Below, one piece after another: positions 1-8,427 of a stretch of DNA of 26,893 nt. The notes beneath the pieces are model-generated. The model saw only the letters and a program-made list of their open reading frames with translations, was not told the origin of the DNA and did no database searches. The stretch covers positions 1 through 26,893 of the forward strand of contig JASFYY010000141.1 of NCBI GenBank assembly GCA_045046875.1, read 5' to 3'. The stretch's first letter is position 1. The number at the start of each line of letters is the position of its first letter. Source of the DNA: Verrucomicrobiota bacterium (GTDB lineage Bacteria; Verrucomicrobiota; Verrucomicrobiia; Verrucomicrobiales; DEV007). Position numbers and translations under genes: made by a program.

Positions 1-2
1 CG

Positions 3-1004
3 AACTATTATCATGTGGTGAGTCGGACGACGGGGAGGGATATCTTATTTGGTGACGATGAAAAGGAGGTTTTTCGGATTTTGATGCTCAAGCAGTTGAA
101 GTTTAGCGGGCTGCGGGCGTTGGCTTGGTGCTTTATGGGGAATCATTTTCATTTGTTGCTGGAGGTTCCTGATAAGGAGATGGCTTTGGCGAGGTGGTCG
201 CGGGAGGATTATTTGCAAAAGCTCAGTGTTTTCAAGAGCGAATGGACGACGAAGCAGGCGCTCGATGAAGTGGAGCGTTGTCGGGAGATGGGGGCTGAAA
301 CTCGTTTGGATGAAATCGCAGAATCGGTGAAGGGGCGTTTGTTTGATCTGTCGATGTTCATGAAAGAATTGAAGCTGAAGATGACTTTGGCATATAATAA
401 AAAACATGGGCGTTGCGGGACTTTGTGGGAGGGGCCGTTTAAGAGCGTATTGTTACAGGGGGCGGATGAGGGTGAAAGCAGTGATGCGCTTCGCATGGTT
501 GCGGCTTACATTGATCTGAATCCGATTCGGGCGGGGCTGGCAAAGGAGCCGGAGGGCTACCGTTGGTGTTCGTATGCGGCTGCAGTGGCTGGCAATCGCG
601 GAGCTCGACAAGGGCTGTGTTATGCGGTGACGGGGCGCAGTCGAGTGGCGTGGAAGAAGGTGGCGCAGGAATACCGCTGTTTGTTGTATGCGAAAGGGGA
701 AGAGGTGGAGGCAGATCAGAGCGTCGATGGTTATGAGAAAGGCAAGGCTGGATTCAGTCAGGAGAAAATCAAAGAAGTGTTGGAATCGGGCGGGCGTTTG
801 CCAGTGGCGGAGGTTTTGAGGTGCCGGGTGAGGTATTTCACCGATGGAGCGGTGTTGGGGAGCCAGAGGTATGTGGATGACTTTTTTGAGAGCAAGAGAG
901 ATCAGTTCGGAGTGCGGCGGAAGGATGGTGGGCGGAAAATGCGCGGGGCGCAGTGGGGGGATTTACGAGTACTGCGGGATTTGAAGGCGGATGTGATTCA
1001 GTAA
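3..1004 (+). CDS. REP-associated tyrosine transposase (RAYT/TnpA-REP, HUH Y1 family), long form; 5' end lies outside the window
   Basis: The frame is open from position 3 (NYYHVVSR, a typical RAYT N-terminal motif). HUH motif NHFHLLL, G-x-LWEGPFKS, and catalytic-Tyr motif YIDLNPIRAGL followed by YRWCSY. Confidence 0.88.
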   Translation, partial: NYYHVVSRTTGRDILFGDDEKEVFRILMLKQLKFSGLRALAWCFMGNHFHLLLEVPDKEMALARWSREDYLQKLSVFKSEWTTKQALDEVERCREMGAETRLDEIAESVKGRLFDLSMFMKELKLKMTLAYNKKHGRCGTLWEGPFKSVLLQGADEGESSDALRMVAAYIDLNPIRAGLAKEPEGYRWCSYAAAVAGNRGARQGLCYAVTGRSRVAWKKVAQEYRCLLYAKGEEVEADQSVDGYEKGKAGFSQEKIKEVLESGGRLPVAEVLRCRVRYFTDGAVLGSQRYVDDFFESKRDQFGVRRKDGGRKMRGAQWGDLRVLRDLKADVIQ

Positions 1005-1057
1005 TAGATTCACATCAGGCAGAACTAAGGAGTAGCTCATAGATCAGAGATGGTTTC

Positions 1058-1282
1058 GCCCTTTCAGGGCTGGCAATAAAAACGATTTAATCCCAGCGCT
1101 TCGCACTGGGCTATCTCATTTTGTCCTTACAGGACAGTTTACTATCATATCTCTTGCACCAACGGTGCTCAATGAGACAGCCCGGCGCTTCGTGCTGGGT
1201 ACCCCCCCCCAACTCATTCCAGCCTTGAGTTGGAGCGTAGCGACATCGAAGCGAAGCGGAGATCGCCGGAGGCGATGTGCGA
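1058..1282. repeat. Inverted doublet of a three-hairpin REP-like unit directly downstream of the transposase
   Basis: Hairpins gccct-ttc-agggc (1058-1070), cccagcgc-ttc-gcactggg (1092-1110), gtcct-tac-aggac (1123-1135), then the mirror order gcacc-aac-ggtgc (1156-1168) and cccggcgc-ttc-gtgctggg (1181-1199). Linkers gggctatctcatt and aatgagacagccc are near reverse complements. The last hairpin (agccttga, 1221) is interrupted. Confidence 0.75.
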
Positions 1283-1325
1283 GTCGCATAGTGCCAGAAG
1301 CTTAACTAGTTTGTCCTGCACCCAC

Positions 1326-2387
1326 TTAGTGCTGTTTAGCCCTCTTTCCCCCAAACCCGCTGGACTCAGTAAATACGTCTTTGCCGTCATTATCCTTGGC
1401 GACGATCAGGCATTCGAGATCAGGCTGTTTTTCGATATAAGCCAAACCGCGTTTTTTCCCCATCACGCTCACGGCGGTGGCGGTGCTGTCGGTGGTGACA
1501 GCGTTGGGGCCGATGATGGTGACGCCGATCCGTTCGGTGAGACCGAGGCCGGTTTTGGGATCGACGATGTGGGAGTAGCGTTTGCCGTCGATGTCGATGA
1601 ACTGCTGCATGTCGCCGGAGGTGGAAACCGCTGAGTGAATGAGCAGCACGGTGTCGGTGAGTTTTTTCGAGTCTTCTTTATCCAGCGAGCGGATACCGAT
1701 TGCCCAGCCTAAGGGTTGGTCGGGAGGGGCGTCGCCGACCACGATGTCACCGCTGCCGGCGACGATGGCGCGGGGGAAACCGTGTTGGGTCAGAATCGCC
1801 AGGGCGGCGTCGGCGGCGTAGCCTTTGGCGATGCCGCCGAAGTCCAGGCGCATGCGGTCGACGGCAAATTTGACGGCTTTCTTTTTTTTGTCGATCTCCA
1901 CTTTTTGATAACCGGTTTTTGAAAAAGCGTCTTGCAAGGAGGAGGCGCGCGGCAGGCGGTGGTCGCGTTTGCTCAGCCGCCAGTTGCGGATGTGGGGGCC
2001 GGCGGTGACGTCAAAGGCTCCATCGGTGGCGATGGAGAGTTGCCGGCTGATGTTTAGGATGTTGATAAAATCATCGCTGGCGGGCAACCAGGTGTCCTTG
2101 GGCTTGCGGGTGATCAGCAGCAGTTCGGAGTTGAGCTCGTAATCTGATAGAATGGAGTTGAGCCGACCGATTTCTTCAAATGCGGCATCGGCGGCCGCGC
2201 GGGCTTTTTGACTGTCAGCTGGATCTGCCCAAAGGCGAATGGTGAACAGGGTGCCCATGCGCGGTTTTTGGAAGGACAGCAGGATGGGTTTTTTGTCTGT
2301 AGAAGGCGTGGGGTTTTGTGCGATGGAATGATCGAGGAATAAAAAGAGGCTGCTCAGGATGAACAGGTGGATGCGAAGTGGGTGCAT
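1326..2387 (-). CDS. apbE: FAD:protein FMN transferase (ApbE family), secreted
   Basis: Motifs MGT, TDGAFDVT, DFGGIAKGYAAD, AVSTSGD, RYSHIVDPKTG; hydrophobic N-terminal signal-like segment. Confidence 0.95.
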   Translation of the reverse strand: MHPLRIHLFILSSLFLFLDHSIAQNPTPSTDKKPILLSFQKPRMGTLFTIRLWADPADSQKARAAADAAFEEIGRLNSILSDYELNSELLLITRKPKDTWLPASDDFINILNISRQLSIATDGAFDVTAGPHIRNWRLSKRDHRLPRASSLQDAFSKTGYQKVEIDKKKKAVKFAVDRMRLDFGGIAKGYAADAALAILTQHGFPRAIVAGSGDIVVGDAPPDQPLGWAIGIRSLDKEDSKKLTDTVLLIHSAVSTSGDMQQFIDIDGKRYSHIVDPKTGLGLTERIGVTIIGPNAVTTDSTATAVSVMGKKRGLAYIEKQPDLECLIVAKDNDGKDVFTESSGFGGKRAKQH

Positions 2388-2426
2388 TTGGTTGAAATTT
2401 GAGGTAGCAAGAGGTTATTTCTTTTC

Positions 2427-4157
2427 TCAGTAGTCGTCATCTTCGGGGATCACGCCGAGGTTCCAGTATTCGTGCATCTCTTTTGCCGAGGGGACTGTTA
2501 GTGGGCGAACTAGGCGGAAGCCTAGCCAGTCAGCATCGGTGTGGTACCAGATGGATTGGGGCAGTTGTGGATCGGTCATTTTCCAGTCTTTGTCGGATTG
2601 GATGCGCATCGCGCTGCGGCAGTCTTTGGCATAATCATACCATGAACCTCCGCGAGCAACACGCGGGTAGAGTTGGGTAGCTTTGATCCAGGGATTGGTG
2701 GCAGGTTTTTTGTTATAGGGTTGGTGTTGATCGAGCACCCATTCGATTACATTGCCGTGCATGTCGTAGAGTCCCCAGGGGTTGGGTTTTTTGGATCCTA
2801 CCTTGGCGTATTGTTCAGCATCAAATACGGCGTAATCTTTGAGGTCGGCTGGGTCGTCTCCAAAGGAATAGGCGGTTTTGGTGCCAGCGCGGCACGCATA
2901 TTCCCATTCCGCCTCCGTCGGCAGGCGATAAAAATGTCCGGTTTGCGCGCTGATCCATTGACAAAATTTGTTGGCGGAATGCTGGGTCATGCTGATGGCT
3001 GGAAAGCCATCGGTGCCCATGCCGAAGCTCATTTCCGAGTAGGGTGAGGTCGGCGCGGATACCAGGCCTTGAGCAAGCGTGTCTTTGGTCACTTTTTCCG
3101 GAAAGCCATCTTTGCGTCGGGCAATGTCGGTGATTTCGTAAGGTTCATACATGTTCCATGTGACTTCGAACTTACCCATCCAAAATGGGGCGATGGTGAC
3201 CTGGTGCTGCGGACCTTCGTCTTTGCTTCGGTTCTTTTCGTTGGCTGGACTGCCCATGGTGAAGGTGCCACCCTTGATGGCAACCATTTCAAAATCCACG
3301 CCAGTATCAGGGATTTTGCTGGTGTAGCCCTTCATGTCCGCCTCTGTTTTTTCTTTGGATTTACTGAGTATTTTTTCGCGGATATCCGTGGTCAGGGTGA
3401 GGTCATCCTTGGGACCTTTTTCCTCTGCGAGAGGCAGTTTGAATTCCTTGGGCCATGGAGCTCCTTGTGTGATCCAAGTATTCATGGTGGCGATTTCCAG
3501 CTTGGAAAATGGGCCGCCTTTTTTAAGGAGGGGCAATACAGTGAGCGTGAAGTTTTTTTCCGGGGTGCTGACGCTTTTGATTTCGCCTTCCAGTGGGAGT
3601 TTGTAATCAGCTGGCCATAAGGCACCCTGTTTGATCCAGGTCAGGATGGTGGCGATTTTGCGCTCGGAAAAGGGGGCGCCTTTTTTTAGGATCGGCAGCA
3701 CATTGACTTTGAACTTGAGGCGTGGAACGGAAATCAGTTCGATGTCGTCGGGCCACTTGGCGCCTTCTTTGACCCAGGCTTCGAGGATGTCCTGTTGGAT
3801 TTTGGTCAACGGCGCATTGGTCTTAGGTTTGGCGGGCATGACGTCACCATCGGCGGGTTCGGTAGTCATCCACCAGACAGGAGTTTCGTTAGGTTCGCCG
3901 GCGACGATGGACGGGTTGTAGTCACTGCCTCCTTTGAAGGCCAGCTCCTTGGTATCCATGCGGTAGTCGCCGCCTTCTTTTTCATTGCTGTCCTCGTCGT
4001 GACAATGTATGCAAGCGGCTTCGAAGATGGGTTGCACATCTTTGGCGAAGTCGATGTTGCTAGGGAGCTTTGTTTTTTCCTGCGCTTGAGCTGGTAGGGA
4101 GAGCGTGATGCTCGTTAACAGGGCGGTAGCGAAAAAGTGAGGCAGGGGGGATTTCAT
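2427..4157 (-). CDS. Secreted protein: planctomycete-type cytochrome c domain + FGE-sulfatase (SUMF1/EgtB/PvdO) domain, paralog 1
   Basis: Signal peptide ending AQA; DFAKDVQPIFEAA-CIHCH (3999-4013), VMP, WVKEGAKWP; FGE-fold motifs FTMGS, EGPQH, EVTW, RLPTEAEWEYACRAG, NPWGLYDMHGNV, RGGSW, LGFRLVR. Confidence 0.9.
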   Translation of the reverse strand: MKSPLPHFFATALLTSITLSLPAQAQEKTKLPSNIDFAKDVQPIFEAACIHCHDEDSNEKEGGDYRMDTKELAFKGGSDYNPSIVAGEPNETPVWWMTTEPADGDVMPAKPKTNAPLTKIQQDILEAWVKEGAKWPDDIELISVPRLKFKVNVLPILKKGAPFSERKIATILTWIKQGALWPADYKLPLEGEIKSVSTPEKNFTLTVLPLLKKGGPFSKLEIATMNTWITQGAPWPKEFKLPLAEEKGPKDDLTLTTDIREKILSKSKEKTEADMKGYTSKIPDTGVDFEMVAIKGGTFTMGSPANEKNRSKDEGPQHQVTIAPFWMGKFEVTWNMYEPYEITDIARRKDGFPEKVTKDTLAQGLVSAPTSPYSEMSFGMGTDGFPAISMTQHSANKFCQWISAQTGHFYRLPTEAEWEYACRAGTKTAYSFGDDPADLKDYAVFDAEQYAKVGSKKPNPWGLYDMHGNVIEWVLDQHQPYNKKPATNPWIKATQLYPRVARGGSWYDYAKDCRSAMRIQSDKDWKMTDPQLPQSIWYHTDADWLGFRLVRPLTVPSAKEMHEYWNLGVIPEDDDY

Positions 4158-4183
4158 AATTTTGAAAATGGTAGGTAATATAC

Positions 4184-4225
4184 AAAAAAGACGAACGGGT
4201 GCAAGCGAGGCACCGGTTCGTCTTT
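4184..4225 (-). terminator. Probable rho-independent terminator/attenuator between the two paralogs
   Basis: Stem aaagacgaacgggtgc / gcaccggttcgtcttt; the A6 run at 4184-4189 reads as a U tail on the minus strand. Confidence 0.65.
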
Positions 4226-4254
4226 GTGTCCAATAGGACTGAGTTGTGTGTAGT

Positions 4255-5967
4255 TTAGTCTTCGTCGGGGATCACTCCGATGTTCCAGAATTTGTGCATT
4301 TCTTCTGCTGATGGAATTTTCAGAGGACGAACGAGGCGGAAGCCGAGCCATTGGGCGTCGGTGTGGTACCAAATGGATTTGGGCAACTGGGGGTCTTCCA
4401 TTTTCCAGTCTTGCTCGGACTGGTAACGGATGGCGCTGCGGCAATCGGCGGGGTAGTCATACCAGGAACCGCCGCGGGCGACACGAGGGTAGAGCTGGGT
4501 TGGCAGCACCCAAGGATTAGGGTTTTTGAACTCTTTGTTGTAGGGCGCGTATTGGTCGATGACCCATTCGATCACGTTGCCGTGCATGTCATAGAGTCCC
4601 CAAGGGTTGGGTTTGAGGGTGCCTACTTTGGAGTATTGGTTGGCGTCGAATACACCGTATTCTTTCAGTTTTTCTGGATCGTCGCCAAAAGAATAAGCGG
4701 TTTTGGTGCCGGCGCGGCAGGCGTATTCCCATTCGGCTTCGGTGGGCAGGCGGTAGAATTGACCGGTCTGGGCGCTGAGCCACTGAGCGAATTTATTGGC
4801 GGCATGCTGGGTCATGCAGATGGCGGGGAAACCGTCGGTGCCCATGCCAAAACTCATTTCCGAGTAGGCGGTGGTGGGCGCGGAAACTAGCTTTTCCAGT
4901 GGCATATCTTCGCTCACTTTTTCAGGGAAACCGTCTTTGCGACGAGGAACGTCAGTGGTTCCGTAAGGTTCATACATGTTCCAAGTGACTTCGTATTTGC
5001 CCATCCAGAAAGGTTCGATGGCGATCTTGCGCTGTGGACCTTCGTCGTCAGCGCGTTCTTTTTCGGAATCGGGGCTGCCCATTAGGAACTCGCCACCTTT
5101 GATCGCTACCATGTCGAATTTCACGCCTGACAGGGGGATCTTACTCTCATAGTTTTTCATTTCACCCTCGGTTTTTTCTTTGGAGGCGGCGAGGATTTTT
5201 TCGCGGATTTTGGTGGTGAGAGTGAGGTCATCCTTGGGGCCTTTGTCTGCAGCGAGTGGCAGCTTGTAACCTTTGGGCCAAGGGGCGCCTGCTTCAGCCC
5301 ACTTGCTGAGGGTGGCGATTTCTGCAACGGAGAATTCGCCGCCTTTTTTCAGTAAAGGCAAGACGGTGAGAGTGAAGTTGCCAGCAGGTTCGGCGACGGA
5401 TTTGATTTCGCCTTCGAGCGGCAGTTGGTATTTAGCCGGCCAGGTGGCGCCTTGTTTGATCCAGATTTTGATCGCAGCGAGGTTTTTCTCGGAGAAAGGC
5501 GCGCCTTTTTTCAAAGCGGGTAAGATATTGACCCGGAATTTGAGACGTGGGGTCTGGGTGAGTGTGATGTCGTCGGGCCATTTGGCACCTTCTTTCACCC
5601 AAGCTTCGAGGATGTCTTGTTGCAGTTTGGTGAGAGGGGCGTTGGTTTTGGGCTTGGCAGGCATGACGTCGCCGTCAGCAGGCTCGGTGGTCATCCACCA
5701 GACAGGCGTTTCGTTGGGTTCGCCGGGGGTGATGGACGGGTTGTAGTCCGGGCCACCTTTGAACGCCAGCTCTTTGGTGTCCATGCGGTAGTCTCCGCCG
5801 TCTTTTTCGTTACTGGCTTCGTCGTGACAGTTGACACAGGCGGCTTCGAAGATCGGTTGCACGTCTTTGACAAAGTCGATGCCGCTTGGTTTGTCGGCGG
5901 CTTGTGCGGTGAAGGCGCTGCTGGCGATCAGGGCGGTGGCAAAAAAGGTTGGGCGGGAAAGTTTCAT
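4255..5967 (-). CDS. Secreted protein: planctomycete-type cytochrome c domain + FGE-sulfatase domain, paralog 2
   Basis: Same architecture as 2427..4157: CVNCH (5824-5838), RLPTEAEWEYACRAG, NPWGLYDMHGNV; long identical peptide stretches with synonymous DNA differences. Confidence 0.9.
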   Translation of the reverse strand: MKLSRPTFFATALIASSAFTAQAADKPSGIDFVKDVQPIFEAACVNCHDEASNEKDGGDYRMDTKELAFKGGPDYNPSITPGEPNETPVWWMTTEPADGDVMPAKPKTNAPLTKLQQDILEAWVKEGAKWPDDITLTQTPRLKFRVNILPALKKGAPFSEKNLAAIKIWIKQGATWPAKYQLPLEGEIKSVAEPAGNFTLTVLPLLKKGGEFSVAEIATLSKWAEAGAPWPKGYKLPLAADKGPKDDLTLTTKIREKILAASKEKTEGEMKNYESKIPLSGVKFDMVAIKGGEFLMGSPDSEKERADDEGPQRKIAIEPFWMGKYEVTWNMYEPYGTTDVPRRKDGFPEKVSEDMPLEKLVSAPTTAYSEMSFGMGTDGFPAICMTQHAANKFAQWLSAQTGQFYRLPTEAEWEYACRAGTKTAYSFGDDPEKLKEYGVFDANQYSKVGTLKPNPWGLYDMHGNVIEWVIDQYAPYNKEFKNPNPWVLPTQLYPRVARGGSWYDYPADCRSAIRYQSEQDWKMEDPQLPKSIWYHTDAQWLGFRLVRPLKIPSAEEMHKFWNIGVIPDED

Positions 5968-6233
5968 TGGCTATAGATGGATAGTCAGGGTCAATATTAG
6001 TTTCAGGCTGTTGCAGGATAAAAAGTGATATCCTGTGACAGGGCGTAAACCGTTAGAGAGAATTTGCCCTTCGTCAACTGGCCTGATGGTGTTAGTTCTA
6101 TGAAAAGCGCAAAATAGGGGTGAAAAAGTGGATTGGCGTAATTTTGTAATTTTGTTCTCATTTTAAGACATTGTTAAAATCGAAGAATCAAAGCCCTGAT
6201 GGACGCTGGTCTTGCATACGCGTCGGGCTTACA

Positions 6234-6416
6234 GGCCCAAAGGGCCGGCTTTATGACAGCCTGGGGTGAAACCTGGGTATTTGGGTTCCAATTTTCCAGC
6301 CCTGAATGGGTTTAATGATCCTCAACGCTTTAGTGCCGCCCATTCAGGGCTAATTATGGTCTGTCGACCAGACCCAGGGCGATGCCCTGGGCTATTATAG
6401 AATTACCCCGTGGGGT
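6234..6416. repeat. Second inverted doublet of the three-hairpin REP-like unit
   Basis: ggccc-aaa-gggcc (6234-6246), degenerate middle hairpin near 6259-6278, agccctgaatggg (6298-6310) with its exact reverse complement cccattcagggct (6339-6351), cccagggc-gat-gccctggg (6373-6391) + ctat, acccc-gt-ggggt (6405-6416). Confidence 0.75.
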
Positions 6417-6554
6417 GCAGTAACTATCACACTGTTAAGCGCTTGTGATTTTCCTGTATTTCAAATTTATTCCTTTGCTTGACGCTATACGCGGCCGGAG
6501 GACTGATTTGTATTATTTTCACGAGCTGTTTTACAAATAAGAATCAAACCGCAG

Positions 6555-6597
6555 CCGCAGCGCAGCAAGACAGTCGGAGGACATAACTCGAAGGCAA
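6555..6597 (+). repeat. 43-nt mini-cassette, copy 1 (homolog at 16518-16561)
   Basis: ccgcagcgcagcaagacagtcggaggacataactcgaaggcaa aligns to 16518-16561 with 7 substitutions and 1 gap. Confidence 0.75.
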
Positions 6598-6664
6598 ATA
6601 AATAGGAAGTGAAAATTGTCCTGTTTGCCTCATCCCATAGTAAAAGAGTCGGGTGTATTTATTT

Positions 6665-6696
6665 TTTTGTGACAAAAATGGGGGTTTGTCCCTACA
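6665..6696 (+). promoter_or_regulatory. Putative ECF sigma-dependent promoter of the sulfatase operon
   Basis: ttttGTGACaaaaat...GTCCCTACA, 33 nt upstream of the ATG at 6730; a near-identical motif occurs at 13328-13358. Confidence 0.6.
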
Positions 6697-6729
6697 AGGT
6701 AAAGGGAAGTCTTTTTCCGTTTATTTGAT

Positions 6730-8313
6730 ATGAAAAAAAACCAGCTATTTTTGTTTTGTTTATTTGTCAGCACTTCGCTTTTTGCTGACGAGCGGCCCAA
6801 TATTCTGTTTCTTTTTTCAGATGATCATGCTTTGCGCACGATTGGAGCTTACGAAGGTTCTATCAATGAGACCCCGCACTTGGATCGCATCGCCAGTGAA
6901 GGCGCGATTTTTGACCGTTCGTTTAATGTCAATTCGATCTGTTGTCCGAGTCGCGCGGCGATTTTGACGGGCAAACACAGTCACGCTAATGGGATCACTG
7001 GAAATGGCTCGGCGTGGAATGGCAAACAGTGGGTGTATTCCCGCGAATTGGGCAAAGCGGGGTATCAGACGGGTTTGATTGGCAAGTGGCATCTTAAAGG
7101 CAATCCGACGGACGAGTTTCAGCATTGGGAGATTCTATCCGGCAAATCGGGTCAGGGTTCTTATTACAATCCGGAATTTCTCAGCGGATCGGCAGGTGCG
7201 TCCAAGGTGGAGGGCTATTCGACCAACATCATCACCGACAAGGCGCTCGACTGGTTGAAAAACCGTGATACGGAGAAACCTTTTTTGCTGTGTGCCAATT
7301 TCAAGGTGCCGCATATTCACCGTATTCCTTCACCGACCCACATGGGGGGTTACGATGATGTTGAAATTGCCGAGCCAAATACGCTTTTTGATGATTTCAG
7401 CAGTCGCCAGCCTTTTATCAAAGATACTTGGATGGGGCTGAAGGGAATGAAGGAGGGGGTGCTCAATATAGCGCCGTCCAAAGAACAATTGGCAAAGAGC
7501 CCTGACTTGATGCCTAAATTTCTCAAAGAGATGACATCTGTTCAACGGGATGCCTGGCATGCGGCTTACGATCCACGTAATCAAGAATACCGACGACTCA
7601 AGCAAGCCGGACTGCTGGAGGGGCAGGCGGGTTTTCGTTATACTTACCAGCGTTTTATCAAAGACTACCTGCGTTGCATCGACGGCTTGGATGAAAATGT
7701 GGGACGATTGCTAAATTATCTGGATGAAGCGGGATTGAGTGAAAACACCTTGGTGGTTTACAGTTCGGATCAGGGATTCCTCACGGGAGAGCACGGCTGG
7801 GCCGAGAAGCGTTGGATGTATGAAGAGAGCTTTCGTTCACCCTTGCTGATGCGCTGGCCGGGTAAGATCAAACCCGCGACGCGTATTTCCTCGCTGGTGC
7901 AGAATATTGATCTGGCACCGACTTTTCTCACCGCTGCCGGGTTGTCGGTTCCGGAGGAGGTGCATGGACGGGCGTTGCAGCCTTTGTTTTCTGGTCAAGC
8001 CCCGGCTGATTGGCGCAAGGATATTCTCTACACCTATTATGATGGCGGCACTCCGCAGGCGCGCGGTTCCTATAATATGCCGAGGCACATGGGGGTGCGG
8101 GATGAGCGGTATAAATTGATTCATTATTACGATTACGATGCCTGGGAGTTGTATGATTTGAAAATAGATGCGCGTGAAATTTCCAATCGCTATAAGGATC
8201 CCGCTTATCAAGAGGTGTCCAAGCGCCTGAAACTGCGGCTTGATGCGCTCAAGAATCAATACGACCTTCCAGATCCCCCTGCGCTTAAAAAAAAGAAAAA
8301 GCGTAAACATTAA
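6730..8313 (+). CDS. Formylglycine-dependent (S1) sulfatase, GlcNAc-6-sulfatase-like
   Basis: Signal peptide; RPNILFLFSDDH, CCPSRAAILTG (CxPxR), GKWHL, YSSDQG, EKRWMYEES. Subfamily assignment is tentative. Confidence 0.95.
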   Translation: MKKNQLFLFCLFVSTSLFADERPNILFLFSDDHALRTIGAYEGSINETPHLDRIASEGAIFDRSFNVNSICCPSRAAILTGKHSHANGITGNGSAWNGKQWVYSRELGKAGYQTGLIGKWHLKGNPTDEFQHWEILSGKSGQGSYYNPEFLSGSAGASKVEGYSTNIITDKALDWLKNRDTEKPFLLCANFKVPHIHRIPSPTHMGGYDDVEIAEPNTLFDDFSSRQPFIKDTWMGLKGMKEGVLNIAPSKEQLAKSPDLMPKFLKEMTSVQRDAWHAAYDPRNQEYRRLKQAGLLEGQAGFRYTYQRFIKDYLRCIDGLDENVGRLLNYLDEAGLSENTLVVYSSDQGFLTGEHGWAEKRWMYEESFRSPLLMRWPGKIKPATRISSLVQNIDLAPTFLTAAGLSVPEEVHGRALQPLFSGQAPADWRKDILYTYYDGGTPQARGSYNMPRHMGVRDERYKLIHYYDYDAWELYDLKIDAREISNRYKDPAYQEVSKRLKLRLDALKNQYDLPDPPALKKKKKRKH

Positions 8314-8345
8314 GCCGCCTTCCGAATTATTTTAAAAGAGTTTAG

Positions 8346-8366
8346 CCGCGGATAACGCGGATAAGA
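8346..8366 (+). repeat. Short cgcggat-type tandem repeat (related copy at 16372-16433)
   Basis: cgcggataa occurs twice; the ends ccgcgga and cgcggataaga are shared with 16372-16433. Confidence 0.5.
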
Positions 8367-8427
8367 AAGAATTTAAAAGTAGCTTGGGTAACACCTGAAT
8401 AGTTACATATCATATACCAAATCTATC

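Noticed and set aside
2427..5967. FGE-domain proteins as sulfatase-maturing enzymes for the neighbouring sulfatases
   Set aside because: The catalytic CxxxxC pair is absent; proximity alone is insufficient.
2427..5967. Tandem copies as an assembly artefact
   Set aside because: The copies differ at many synonymous sites and in their signal peptides, indicating a real, older duplication.
6191..6232. Imperfect hairpin aagccc..gacgc / gcgtc gggctt
   Set aside because: May be a decayed REP of another family, but there is only one copy in the window, so it cannot be supported.
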